A stretch of 53,369 bases of DNA, filler included, from Jimgerdemannia flammicorona (lineage: Eukaryota): the NCBI GenBank assembly GCA_003990765.1. It is 3 parts of 3 records of this genome, joined end to end, with 100 filler letters (N's around TTAATTAATTAA, not from the genome) between each part and the next. Parts side by side here need not be neighbours in the genome. Positions count along the whole stretch, not along the records: positions 35,647 to 53,369 come from RBNJ01002439.1; 2 more parts are not named here. The stretch is one strand, 5' to 3'. Position numbers and translations under genes: made by a program. Of this stretch, positions 36,107-48,557 are shown piece by piece (position 1 is the stretch's first letter; each line of letters begins with the position of its first letter). The notes beneath the pieces are model-generated. The model saw nothing but the letters and a program-made list of their open reading frames with translations. It ran no database searches and was not told where the DNA came from.

Positions 36107-37315
36107 CTACCTCATCACATCCCCAATGACCACCCAACTTTCTGTTCTCCTCGCATTCCCTTTCCAGCCCCACGCCCCCTCATCTCTCCACTTCCCCCTC
36201 GCCCAAAACACAACCACATAGGCGACCGTCACCACCCACCTAACCCCGACATCTCTCCAAACAATCTGTCTCCTCACCTCCGCCCACCACCTCCTCCATT
36301 CAGTCCCCTTCCCGCCCTCTTGCCTAAGCTTGGCCTCCACAACAACCATATGCCCCACAATTTCTCCCCGACACGAAGGACACGTCGGCTCGCCCCTTCC
36401 ACCACCAAGGATCGTCATCCCTCCGGGTCCCAGTACGATTCCGGCTCCACCCGCGGCCCAGGGTCGTCCGGCAGCCACCCAGCGTCGCATGCAGGCGCGG
36501 TGGGCTACGTGGTGCGGGATGTGGCAGAAGGTGTCGAGAGTTTCGGCGTCAATGCGGTCTGTGGGGTCGTCATAGGAAGAGGAGGAGAGGATAGAGGACG
36601 AAGGAGGGACAATGAGGGTGCCGAAGCATATGCAGCAGTCGCCGTCGACAGAAGTAGGGGGCGCAGGGGTGCCGATGAGGCAGGCTGCTGAAGGATGCAG
36701 GTGCGGGATGTAGAGTTGGAGGATACGGAGGTGAATGAGCTCGTCGAAGAGGGTACTGAACAGGGTGAGGAGTAGGAGAGGACGGAGAGTAGGGTGGGGG
36801 AGGGGGGGTGATGGGCAGAAGACGACGGAGCTCTGCATGGGGGGGTGGGAGATTGTTTTTGTATGAGGTCATGTCACGGGGTCAATGCCAATGGATTGAA
36901 ACAAGGAAATCCCAACGTACCCTGCTGTTGAACCACCGTAAGGTTATGTAGGCAACCTTTACATCCAGAAATAAAAGAAGAGACAGACAAGCGTTCGCAA
37001 AGTGTTCATATCTCTCTTAACCAATAACGAATACTGTCAGAGATATTGTTCCAAACTAGAGGTCCTACCAGTAAATGATAAAACGAAAGCGACCGCCTCT
37101 CCTCAAGGCTGAGACGTTGTCGGAACGCACGGCGACGGTACGGAAGAAGGAGGGTGGCTGTCGAGAGGCAAGCGAAGATCAATTTCCGGTCAACCGTGGT
37201 TGTGCGGATAAAAGCTAAGAGAACCAAAGAGAACCAAGGCACCTTTAGTCCACGAGCTACATGCCCATGCGAGCAGGAAGGTCTGTATGACTGGCGGAAG
37301 GCGTAAAAAGTTCAT
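36107..37315 (-). CDS. RING-finger protein with hydrophobic segments (putative membrane E3 ligase), about 307 aa; predicted exons 37315-37243, 37157-37069, 36956-36921, 36832-36107
   Basis: CCICF...FCHIPHHVAHRACMRRW...CPSCR RING-like motif. GT-AG introns join in frame (924 nt); CpG-rich undecayed sequence. Confidence 0.75.
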
Positions 37316-37826
37316 TTGATGTGTGCGAAAAAGTTGCAGCGTTGGTCTCCGTTATTAAAAAGCGTTGACTTTTTGGCGTCAGTCGTCCCACAGGCTCTAT
37401 ATATTGGAATGGTGTCACGTGCCCATGCGATTTACATGGTATCATAGAAAGAAAATAGATAATATATTTTAATATGATTACATTCTCCAGCATAAAGAAT
37501 ATTTTTATCTATCTTATAATTATATTTAAATATTACTATATTAGATTAAAAAGTAAATAATAATAATAATAATAATTTAATATTTAATATTTATTTATTA
37601 ATCAAATTATATTACTTATATTTTTTTTAATTAAAAAATTAAAATATTTTTTTTAAAAAATATATATTTATAACAATATTGATTTTGGATTTTTAAATTT
37701 TCCAACTTTAAAGTTCTAGTAATCAAGAGATATGTAGAGAATTCTCTAAATTCTTTACGATGTGGCTGGTTGGGAACAAAAGAGGAGCACAGGCCTCTTC
37801 CTCCATCTACACACACAGAGTACAGC

Positions 37827-38444
37827 ATGACTGACCAGCTTACCAATGAACAGATTGCCGAGTACCGTGAGGCCTTCAACCTGTTCGACAAGGTATATAT
37901 GGGCGGTGGTGGGAGACAAGCGGGGATTGTGTACGTGTCATACGTCACGAGGAAGGAACTCACAATACCTCGTCGCTCTCTACGTGACTGTACTAATCTC
38001 CAGAATCACGATGGCACCATTTCCTCCACGGAACTCGACATAGTGCTCAAGAGTTTCGGCCAGAACGAGACGACGGCGCAACTCCAAGAAATGATTAACG
38101 AAGTCGACGCCGACGGAGACGGCAGAATTGACTTCTCCGAGTTTCTGACCCTCATGTCCCGGTACGTGCACACCTCGTAGTGACTGAATACTCCACACGC
38201 GTACGCACCTATCACGCGATCCACAACGACCACCCCACTCTGCTCGCTCTTTCTTCGAACCCAGTTCCCTTAAGGAGACTGAGGAGGACGACCTGCGCGA
38301 GGCGTTCAAGGTCTTCGACACGGACAGCAACGGTCTCATCAATTCCGCGGAGTTGCATCAGGTCTTAAACTCGCTCGGCGAGAAGCTGACGAACGATGAG
38401 GTGAATGAGAGTGAGTGTTATCCAGCTTGCATGCGGGGTGCTAG

Positions 38445-38477
<33 letters not shown>

Positions 38478-38665
38478 GCATACAGTGTGATCATTCTTCA
38501 CCCAGTCGTTTTCGAGGAGACCGCCGAGTCTTTTATAATAGTGTTCGGCTATATGCTCATACCTCACTTCATTCCCTTATTATAGTGATCCGTGAAGTCG
38601 ATTTGGATGGCGATGGTCAGATCAACTACAAGGAGTTCCTCAAGATAATGTCCTTAAAAAAATGA
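37827..38665 (+). CDS. Calmodulin-like protein, 149 aa, four EF-hands; exons 37827-37892, 38004-38161, 38265-38410, 38586-38665
   Basis: [22 protein letters not shown] start; loops [36 protein letters not shown] and [12 protein letters not shown]; canonical GT-AG introns give a 450-nt CDS. Confidence 0.95.
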
Positions 38666-40258
38666 TCTCCTCTTACTAGAGGAGACGCGAGCGATAAAAA
38701 CAAATGGGTTGGGAGGGAAAGGAAGGGTGTCCGTTCTGCGCATGTCCCGATTTTGCTCCCGCACCTGTCATAAACCACCACTCCATGGAAGCTCCCTTGG
38801 TAGCTTGCAATCGCTTGGCATTTTTATTTCATTTTATTTTATTTTGGACAAGGTTGCCGTTTTCTCATCTATATTTTTGTTTGTATAAATATATAATGGA
38901 CTCGTGAATGATAACTCAGCAACCAACCATCATGGACTTGAGCCTGAGGAGCTGTGGCCTGGTATGAGTGGTATAACTGTGGCACGAGACCTTCGTACGG
39001 ACAAGGAAAACTCAAGGCCTCATGTATAAATACGCGAGGTAGGGTGCGGGAGAACAGAAAATCAGCAAAACCTCTCTTCTCTCCAATCTACAATCTAAAC
39101 TATCCAACACTCCAACGTCGATTCCCCGCATTTAAGCACCAACGACAACTTCGCTGGACACGGGCGCTGCAAATTTGATCGTCGATGAGACAAAGAGAAG
39201 AGTGAGGCCATTGGACGTAATGGAGATGCCGCATTTGATCGTTTCATTTGCGCCAGCAAGACTTCACTCTGCGTTGAGCATTCCGGCCCACCATCAAGCG
39301 GTCAATTAGAGCGCTCAATAAGCAGATAGCATCCAACACAATGTGACATCATACAAGTCTCGGATTGGTATATGAACCCTGCCATATTGCTTACGAGAGT
39401 TTCGCATGTCGTATTGTAATTAGAAAGGAGTCGGTATCGCAAAATAATTTCCTGCATCGCTGCGCGCATTAACTGCAAATATGTTGTTTAATCCTACAAA
39501 CATTCTGTTGTAAAATGTATTAGCACTTTCACAGACTTATTTTTTGAATGCAAAAGAAACGAAAAAAAAAAAAAAAAAAAAATCGAAAACGCAAAACGGT
39601 ATATACGTGTGATTAAAATAAATTGGATCTTGAAAGAAAGTCTCCGAAGTCAAGATCCGAGCCAGCTTATTCAAACAGCATAGGCGCCACGGTCATCGCC
39701 TATGTGTAGGACCACTGGAGAGTCGTGCGCCCAGTCAATCTTGGGCTACTCAGTCTCGGTGAACTTTCTGACAGCATAGTCGGTAACAAGACTCGAGCTG
39801 AAGAAACCACAATTTTCTAACAAGACAATGCTTTACCGAAATGTATATACAATATACAAGGTAGCCAGGAGTGGGGCGAAGAGCTGGTTGTAGCGACCTC
39901 ACGTCCTTAGAATTTCGTGTATCAGGACATTGACAACACATGGTTCAAAATATTTTGTAGATTGTGCTCGTAGATAATGCATGGTGGACCAATTGCTCCT
40001 TTGCTAGTCAAGATCATGTAGCCAGGCAGCGGCAGTGGAACAATCACATACTGAGGTGAGCACGATAGTACAAATTTATTTTCAAATACCACTGAAACAG
40101 TCATCAAAGCTACTTGTCAGATCCGCCGTCCATCAGGTTCACTGGCTCTTTTGCATGACATCTTGGCCTGTCACATCATTCAACGGCAGAAATTGAATGG
40201 CCCCCAACGATGCTATGTATTGAAACCCAAAAGAGTTCCATACTAATAATTATGATCT

Positions 40259-40314
<56 letters not shown>

Positions 40315-40472
40315 CTTCATTACAGTTCTGTTGTTAAAAGCTTTCAACTAGAGCAGGTAATTGTTGAAGATACCACTATGGTAAAGTAATATTGTTAAAA
40401 ATAAAGAGTAGCTTGGAAATATTAGATTGCAAAATTGACTCTCATCAATAATAATTATCTCCAATCTCATGA

Positions 40473-40507
<35 letters not shown>

Positions 40508-41659
40508 TAGATCAAGTTCCTGCAGATTTTTATTGAAAAGAAATCTAGACTATATAGGCTAAACCCTCCTCTACCTCTACTCTGAGTACTATTCCTCTAT
40601 TGTTCTTAGACTATAAAGAGAACCAGCAGTCTCACTGTCTCAGCTAGTACTTGCAAATGAATCGAATAAAATTGAGTTAAATTAAATGGGAGGTCTGAAA
40701 AGTCAAATCGAATCGGGATTTTTTCAAGTTGAATGGAAGTTGAATCAAATAGAAGTCAAATTGAATAGAGTCTTGATTCAATTAGAGTTGAATCGAATGG
40801 AGGCTTTATTCAAATGATAATGTTACAAAAATTTTATTAATTACAATATAGGCTAGGCTATCAATGATACAGGCTTTCAACAATTTCTCTTATATGTATC
40901 TAGCTACTACTGCTTAATGAGTGTTATGTATTGTATGCTCTTTTTTGGAGAGATAGATTCAGAGTCAAGGGGTTGATCTTCTGACAGATTTGAGGTATCA
41001 TATTACATTTCTTTCCATATTACTTACAATTGTAGTAACTGGTATATAGATGACTTCTTTTTGGAACCAGAACCTCCTCATCACTCAAAATTACAATGTC
41101 TGGAGTATTATTGTTAGAAATTTCAAACATGTTATTGACCTCTACTTTAATGTCTAAATCTGAAATCTCAATGGCAGCAGTATTGGTGAGTATGTTATTT
41201 TCCACTTTAATATCTAAGTTTGAAATATTAATGGTAGCAGCATTAGGGGTGGCAGTATTGGAGACTATGGCAGTAGCAGTATTGGGAGCTATGGTAGTAT
41301 TGGAGGCTATGGCAGTATTGAGGGCTATAGCAGCAGCAGCAATGACAGTAATAGTATTTGGAGCAGTAGTAGTGGTGGTAGTGGGTTCAGCCTTGAATGC
41401 TTTGTCTATATTTAGATTGAATTCTTGAATTGCCTTAGTAATCTTTATTCTTATTTTCTTATATTTAACTCTAGACTTGTTTCTTTCATTGAGCTAACTG
41501 GAGACTTTATAGATTCTCTGATTCATTTTCTACAATACTTTGGTAAGATCTTTAATAAGTATATGAAGATTGATATAAAGAGAGAAAGAGAACATTTTTT
41601 TTTTTTTTTTTATAGAAATTTTCACATCAGAAGTACTTATTTATATATTTTAGATTGAA

Positions 41660-42000
41660 GTGCCTACTATATCTTAAGCTTTCAAAGTACCCACTTTCAC
41701 AAAGCATCTATGCTTTCAAAGTACCTACATCTACTATATCTTAAGCTTTCAAATCACTTGCTTTTGAAGCACTTGCTATATCTTAAGCTTTCTATTTTCA
41801 ATACAACTCTCATCATGATTCCCATGACCCATTACCATATCTATGGTACTCTGACAACATCCACCCCACTTTCAAAGTATCCACCCTGATGATATCTATC
41901 CTACTTTCAAAGTGTCTGCCATATCTTAAGCTTTCAAAGCACTCACTTTTAAAGTATCTGTCATATCTTAAGCTTTCAAACACCTGCTTTCAAAGTGCCA
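41660..42000. repeat. Clustered ATATCTTAAGCTTT(CAAA) repeats inside hAT
   Basis: About five copies plus partial CTTTCAAAG units. Confidence 0.75.
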
Positions 42001-42099
42001 TATCAGAGGGATTTTATGAAAAGTATTTCAATTTAATTATATAAAAATAGTTACATTTTGAGATTTTGGAGTTAGCTAGTACTAGGCTGATTGTTATGT

Positions 42100-45000
42100 C
42101 TTTAAACACATATATATATTCCCAAATTGTTTCTGGTTTTAAAGCACTTCTTTTAAGTAATACAAGATCCCTACCATTAGAAAAGATTCTCTCAATTAGA
42201 GTACTTATTGCTGGGATGGCTAAATAGTCTCATGCTATTTTCACTAGATTTGGGAAATCTCCAATATAGCTCTAATGTTTTTGAATATATTTTAATTCAA
42301 ATTAAATATAATTCAATTTAAATATGATTCAAATTAAAATTCAACTTACTTGCTATCAAGATAATATATCAATTCTTGTTAGATATTCAACAATTTTACT
42401 TTTCAAATAAATATCTATCTTATGCTCAGGATTTGTCATCATTTTTTGTCTTTTGTTAAATATATGTTATTATAATGTAATATCAATATCATTGATTTCA
42501 GTATCTATAATATTATACTATTCTTAATAAACTAATCCAGAGAGAGGGATATAGGTTTCATTATAAGTTGTATAAATAGCTCTTTTTGTAGCCTCAACCC
42601 ATTTAGACTCCCATTCATGAGATATATAATATGATAGTTTAAGTCTAGGGTTAAGTACTGGTATATTCAAAGAAAAATAAATTAAAAATATAAAAATTCG
42701 AAATGTAAAATTCATATAGTTCTCAAGTTTCAAAATTTTACTTACCAGTATCAATATAATAAGTTGGAATATCTGTTATTGAATAATATATTTTCAACTT
42801 ATCAATAGCTGCCATTAGTACTAGATGAATAATATTTAATTACTCTCTAGTAGTATTCAATTGCTCATCTGTAGTTTTTCAAATCTTCTTATCATGCTCT
42901 TCCAACATATCTAGTAAGAAATTATAAATTGAAACAGTAGAATAGATTGTCGGATATTTTTCTTGAGCAGCAAGATCTGTTGCTATTTTGAAGCTCTTTA
43001 GAATTTTCACAGTATCTTTCAATATTTCTCAAGTATAGCTCCCAATAATATATTTTCTTAAGTCTTTATCTATAATAACAGTTGTAGTTAAAGGCTATAT
43101 ATTATAGAAAATAAATTTATTAGATTATTTGAATTGAATTTTGAATTAAATTTTGAATTAAATTTAAAAATAAATAAAAGACTTATATCTAAAAATTCTA
43201 AGATCTGCTCAATTATAGAATATGTTGAATTCTATTGAGTTTTAATATTTAAAATAAGTTCTTTCAGTTTGAGTCCAAATATTTTGCACTTCTTAACAAA
43301 TTTCTCTTAGTATAGTAAAGATAATTGAATCTTCATAACAATCATTCAAAGTTTTGAAATTTCTCTACTCTTAGTTATATCAATAGTATCTTAATTAGCC
43401 TTCAGATAGGTAAAAAAATCCTGAACAGCCAGATTAATGATATGAGCCATATATTATACATATTGTATTGATGGATAGTTTAGGCTAATATGATCAAACT
43501 CCTCATGAATTGTTTGAAATAAAACATTATTATTAGTTGCATTATCTATTATTATAGCCAATATCTAGAGTAAATAATTTAAAATATAAGATAATTTTTA
43601 AATATCAAACAATAATCTGAAAGTACAAAAATACTCTTTTTGAAAAATATATATCTTTGTCTATATACCAAAGTCTTTAATATACTTTAAGAAGATATCA
43701 GCAAGATTTTCACCTAAGTGAGATCCTGACAGCTCAATAAAATTAATCAATATAGAATTGAGTCACCAATTCTGACAGATTCAATGTGCATTAATTCTAA
43801 GAAATACATGCATATTTGGTGATGTCCATATATTGTAACAGTGACCCCAGAATGATGACATCAGCACAGAAGACAGTCTTTTCTTACAAGCCACCAGATC
43901 AGAGCACAAGAAGATTATACAGTATATGAGATGAGCAATGATGACCAACTGTGAGTCATTGTGACCATAGTATAAGCATCCTGAAGAATATAAAAGAAGG
44001 ATCAAGGAACTGCAGTAGCAGCAATCAATAAGAACCATCAATCCCAAAATAGCTCAAAGACTTACCACAAATGAAATGCCTGCTGCCCACCAAACCTCAA
44101 GGTCAAGGAATCACTAAGGTATCTCAGTCGAGGAAAGGATGTTCTAAGACATCAGAAGAGCTATGGGGACCTGCTCAAGAAGGACTCCTAGTGTCAACCT
44201 AGATACTGCAGATCCCTATTACTTTATCCTCTATCACTGTGAAATGGAAACAAGGATCACCATTGCTACCGAATACCTCCAAATATGGCAGGAGTACAAA
44301 ATAGAAAACCCCCTCTGCCGAGAGTTCCCACAGGCCAGCACTCAAGAGCTATAAGATGCTACTCCCATGGATATATGTGAAACAAGGACAGCTAAGAAGA
44401 TCCATCAGATCTTTAGGCATGCACTATGGTCGATTCCCAACTTAGAGTATGTTAGAGTCTCAGACTTCAGAGATCTGTCATCTTGCTGTATCAATGTACT
44501 AGAAGCCAGGGTGGCTACAGAAGCCCAGTCCACTATCACCCTCAATAGTGAAGAAGTAGAAGACTTCTGGCATCCTATCCTTCAGAACAACCTAGACCAA
44601 TTCCTACAAGAATTAATCTCAGTATTCCAAGGCCCAAGTATCCAGATTACACCTCCCTAAGACCCCACATTTGTTCCTTATTTTGTGGAAGAGAACCTCA
44701 TAGACTAGAGAGCTCCAGATCTTGTTCTTGATTTCTCTGCCAAATGTGATGATGTCATCAGTAATGACATCATCCCACATGATATCAAAGTATGTGAAAT
44801 GCATGACTTGCATGACAAATTCACAGATCTCATCTCCTTTAGTGATGATGATGATGATGATGATGAAGCCCCCATAATCTTGAACTTTCTGCTCTAAGTT
44901 CTTTGTTACACTGGATAATGCCAGCACTAGTATTCTGAGGTGATGCGAAATTATTCCAGTACTGGTATTTTGATGTGACACTAAATAATGCCAGCATCCT

Positions 45001-46080
45001 GAACCTGTACAACCATCAGTGCCACCCTTGGAACTTAGTAGTTTTAGTTATTGGAATTTATATTTAGCTTTATATCTTAGCAACCATTGAATTATATTTT
45101 GTATAAATACCCCTCTTATTTCCTCTGAAATAAAGTCAGTCAAGTTTATCTACACACTTTCTTGCAAGCAATCTAAGAGATAACAAAATAGTTAAAGATA
45201 AGAAGTTTGAGGACTATAAGACCTTGGGAAGGTACTCCAATAAGAACTTGCTTATAACAAACTTGAGTTAGTCTAAGAGATACACCTTGAAGAGAATCTG
45301 GTATATTTGAAGGACTCAGTGACCACTATATGACAATATCAAGAGTGAAGGATATTTAACCTAGTATATTCTATTTTCTAATGAATTAAATAAGATTCAG
45401 ATTATTAGAATTAAATTAAATTTGGATTATTTGAATTAAGATTTGAACTATTAAGATTTATCTGTAGTTTAATTTTGATAGCATTCCAACTTTGTTTGAA
45501 AGTTAATCTGATTTCATTTTGAATCATTCCAGTAGATGGAATAGTAATATCTGATTTCAAAAGGTGAAAAATATCTCTCAGTTCCAAATTCTCAACAACT
45601 GTGAAAGGCTGATTATCCTGAATAATCCAGTGAATAAGCTTCTCTTGAAATAATTGTATGTTGAATTTTGGTTATTATTATGATAAGAAAATTTTAAGTA
45701 ATAATAAATAAAATAGAAAAAAAAAAAAAAAAAAAAGATAAAGTAAATTAATAATACTTGTGAAAGGAATAAATCCATTGCTCCTGCTTGTTTAACTTTA
45801 TGGTTCTGAGTAAAATGGTCCCACATATTTGTTGTTGAACTATCTACCAGTTTATATATTGCTGAACAGTGATTGTATTTTACTCTAATTTTACTATTTT
45901 TGTCTATCTTTGTAAATTCTTTTCAGATCTCAGAGCATTTGTGTGGTTTTTCTTTTTCTTTTCCTTTTCTTCTCTCCATACTAGATTGTTGTAATAAGGT
46001 TATACTTATACTTGTTGAAGTTGTATCTATTGACACCAAGGCTGCTCTAGTATCTTCTATAGATAGTGGTAGTAGTGAAA
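42100..46080 (-). pseudogene. hAT transposase with BED finger and introns (limits approximate)
   Basis: SSTTNMWDHFTQNH (BED), FTLDIWTS (first catalytic D, split by solo LTR), IIDNATNN, MAHIINLAVQD, Q*NSTY, DYLAIPAISTLIERIFS (dimerisation domain). Confidence 0.9.
43834..45335 (+). mobile_element. Solo LTR of gypsy family A with ORF3b remnant (44076-44897)
   Basis: TGTAAC...TGACA with ATAT TSD; removing it restores the transposase codons TTC ACT CTT GAT ATA TGG ACA. Confidence 0.95.
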
Positions 46081-46590
46081 ATAGTTTCTCTAATATGGTT
46101 AATGTATTGGAAGAGAGTGTTTACTGTAAATAGTATAGTGTGTGAGTAGTATATAAACTGAATTGAATCAATTTGATTCAGATTTGGAACTGAATTGAAT
46201 CAATTCAATTTAGGTTTGGAACTAAATTGAATTAATTCAACTTGAGTTTGGAACTAAATCGAATCAATTCAAATTGATTTAATTTAGGTATCCTTAAAGT
46301 ATATAATTCTAAAAGTCACATAACTCATATCAAACTAAATAAAAGTTGAATCGAATGAAAGTGGAATCAAATGAAAGTCAAATTGAATAAAGGTGAAATC
46401 AAATAAAAGCCAAATCGAATTGAACAAAAGCCAAACCAAATGAAAGTCAAATCAAATGAAAGTCAAATCAAATTGAGCCTTGATTTGATTTATATCAAAT
46501 CAAATTAAGAGTCAATTCAACTCGATTCAGTTTTTTGTAAGTACTAGTTCCAGCTATATAAGAGTAGTATTATATACTCTCATCTTAATA

Positions 46591-48557
46591 TATAAGGGGT
46601 TGCTTTTTAGGATAACTGTTACATAGTTCTGGAAGAGTTTTCTAGAAGTTCTGGATATTCTGGAAGACTGTTTTCTTATAGTCAAGATTAATTTCATATG
46701 GAGTATATCCTCTATACTTATTGATTTCAAGATCAGGTTGACATCTCAACCAAAGTCCTTTTTCAGACTAGTTTTGGATGTTCAGGATTTTCCATATTTC
46801 AGGAAGTTCAAGAAACTAAGACCAGCTTAGTTGAATTGGTATATCGCTGCAGACAATACCCAATTAGGAAATTTCATGATGGGGTTAGGAGTGGGACCTA
46901 ACAGAGAGCAGATTTACTTAAGAGTAGTTTGTGGGTTATTAAATAGATTTATTTGCTATTCATGATATTACTATGCTAGGAGTAGTTGTGAAGGGGTATT
47001 GTGGGGAAGTATTCAGGAATATTCTTGTGTGTTTTTGTCTGAGATTCTGAGGTCTGGGGGAGGGGGTATTTATACTAGTAAGGGGCTATCTAGACTATAC
47101 TGAATATGGATGTAGCACTAAGTGTCTTGCTGAGTTGGAATGTAGTCACATAGTACAAGGCTAATCTAACTACACTATGACTGCTAGGCTATTTATAAGT
47201 TTAGATGCTGTCTGGGTAGTCTTCGATGACATCACCATCAATGACATCATCTCTGATGAAGTAGTCATCCAGAAAGAGTGGTTTACAGATTACTTCTCCT
47301 TGTTGGCTGAGGTAGTAATACATTGAGACTTCATCACTGTCCCACAGGATAGCATCATCTGTCTCATATGCTGGATAAGGTGTTGGTGAGTAAAGGAGTA
47401 GTGCATCATCTTTGCTTTTATCAGATTTGCTGTCTGTATATCTTCTATAAGTTATGGTGCTATGAGTTACAGGGTTGTAGTAAGCTAGTGACTGTAGCTC
47501 ATGTTGTTTATACTTGGGTAGTGGAGTAGTTGGTTCCATCTCAAGGGTTGTCTGGAGATACAGGTTGTGTTCTCCAGTCTCTTCATTATAATTAAAGTAA
47601 TCAGGAGTGAATACAGGTTGGTATTTGTGCCAGTGGTCATTGTCCCAATAGGTCTTGTATGTGGTTATAAACTATTGTAAGTTCATCGGCAAGATTGGTG
47701 GGGTGATCAGGGTTGGTAGGGATCCTTGGCTTGAGGTTATGTCGGCATCAGAGGGATCATTGTCTTCTGCTTTGTCTTCATCAAATCGGATTATATCATA
47801 GACATCCTTCATTATGTATCTAACTTGAGGCATTTGCAGGATGTGGTCATCAGGGTATGGGAAGGTTCTGTCTGTGGTCTGAACATATTCGAGATACTTG
47901 TGGTTGAGTTCTTATATCATATTATCAATTTGACCATAGGACAGGGTAGCAATCATTTCGCTGGTAGTAACTCAGAGGCAGGGAATAAAGGTGCTATACT
48001 TGTAGAAGAGTTCTCAATGTTTGTGGGTGATGAACTTCTAGTGTTGAGACATCTGAGTAATATCTGTATCATGGTGGTGTTCAACCATGTCTTCTAGGAG
48101 GCAGCCAATTTGATAGTAGCTTGAGATTTGTCCAATTCGGTAAGCCTTATTGAGCATATTTAGGGTGTTCCATCAGGCTTCCATGAAGTAGAGGGGTGCT
48201 AGGCTATGGATATTCATGAGGGGCAGAGGGAGTGTGGCTCGGTTGACAATGGTATTCCAAATATCAGTGCAGATGCGGTTGTAGATCTTAGTGGTCATAT
48301 TTGTGTATATTCAGAAGTTGTGGTTGTTGTTTGTTTTTATTCTCTATTTTGATACATCTCAGTGCTCAGTATATATGCATTTGGTCCTGATTGGTAAGAT
48401 TCATTTGTATGAATCTTGTGTTCCATGACTTTGTATTGACTCAGCTTTGTGTACTATGACTTTAGTTTGACTCAGCTTCATAATGGAGCAGGTAATTTCC
48501 AGATTTGTTTGGAGGTTACATGTGATTTCAGTGGTTTGGAGGTTGTGTGGTTATACA
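46591..48557 (-). mobile_element. Probable solo LTR of a further family (D) containing an ORF; edges approximate
   Basis: Block of about 2 kb interrupting the LINE. Minus-strand ORF is followed by a GTATAAATA...CCTCAG module (about 47050-47075), as in family A LTRs. TSD not resolved. Confidence 0.55.
47201..48298 (-). pseudogene. 365-aa accessory ORF resembling family A ORF3b
   Basis: Single frame from MTTKIYNRICTDIWNTIV to DDVIDGDVIEDYPDSI*, no frameshift, six internal stops each one C-to-T change from a sense codon. Confidence 0.72.

Larger units (their letters stand above)
40645..46546 (-). mobile_element. Autonomous-type hAT transposon, decayed
   Basis: TIR TAGTACTTGCAAA / TTTGTAAGTACTA; 8-bp TSD GTCTCAGC vs GTTCCAGC (ancestral GTCCCAGC); AATCGAAT-type subterminal repeats. 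Confidence 0.9.

Noticed and set aside
36032..36691. 219-aa plus-strand ORF
   Set aside because: Antisense shadow of the RING gene's last exon.
38900..40400. Additional host gene downstream of the calmodulin-like gene
   Set aside because: CpG-rich, but no ORF or splice model with recognisable motifs could be supported.
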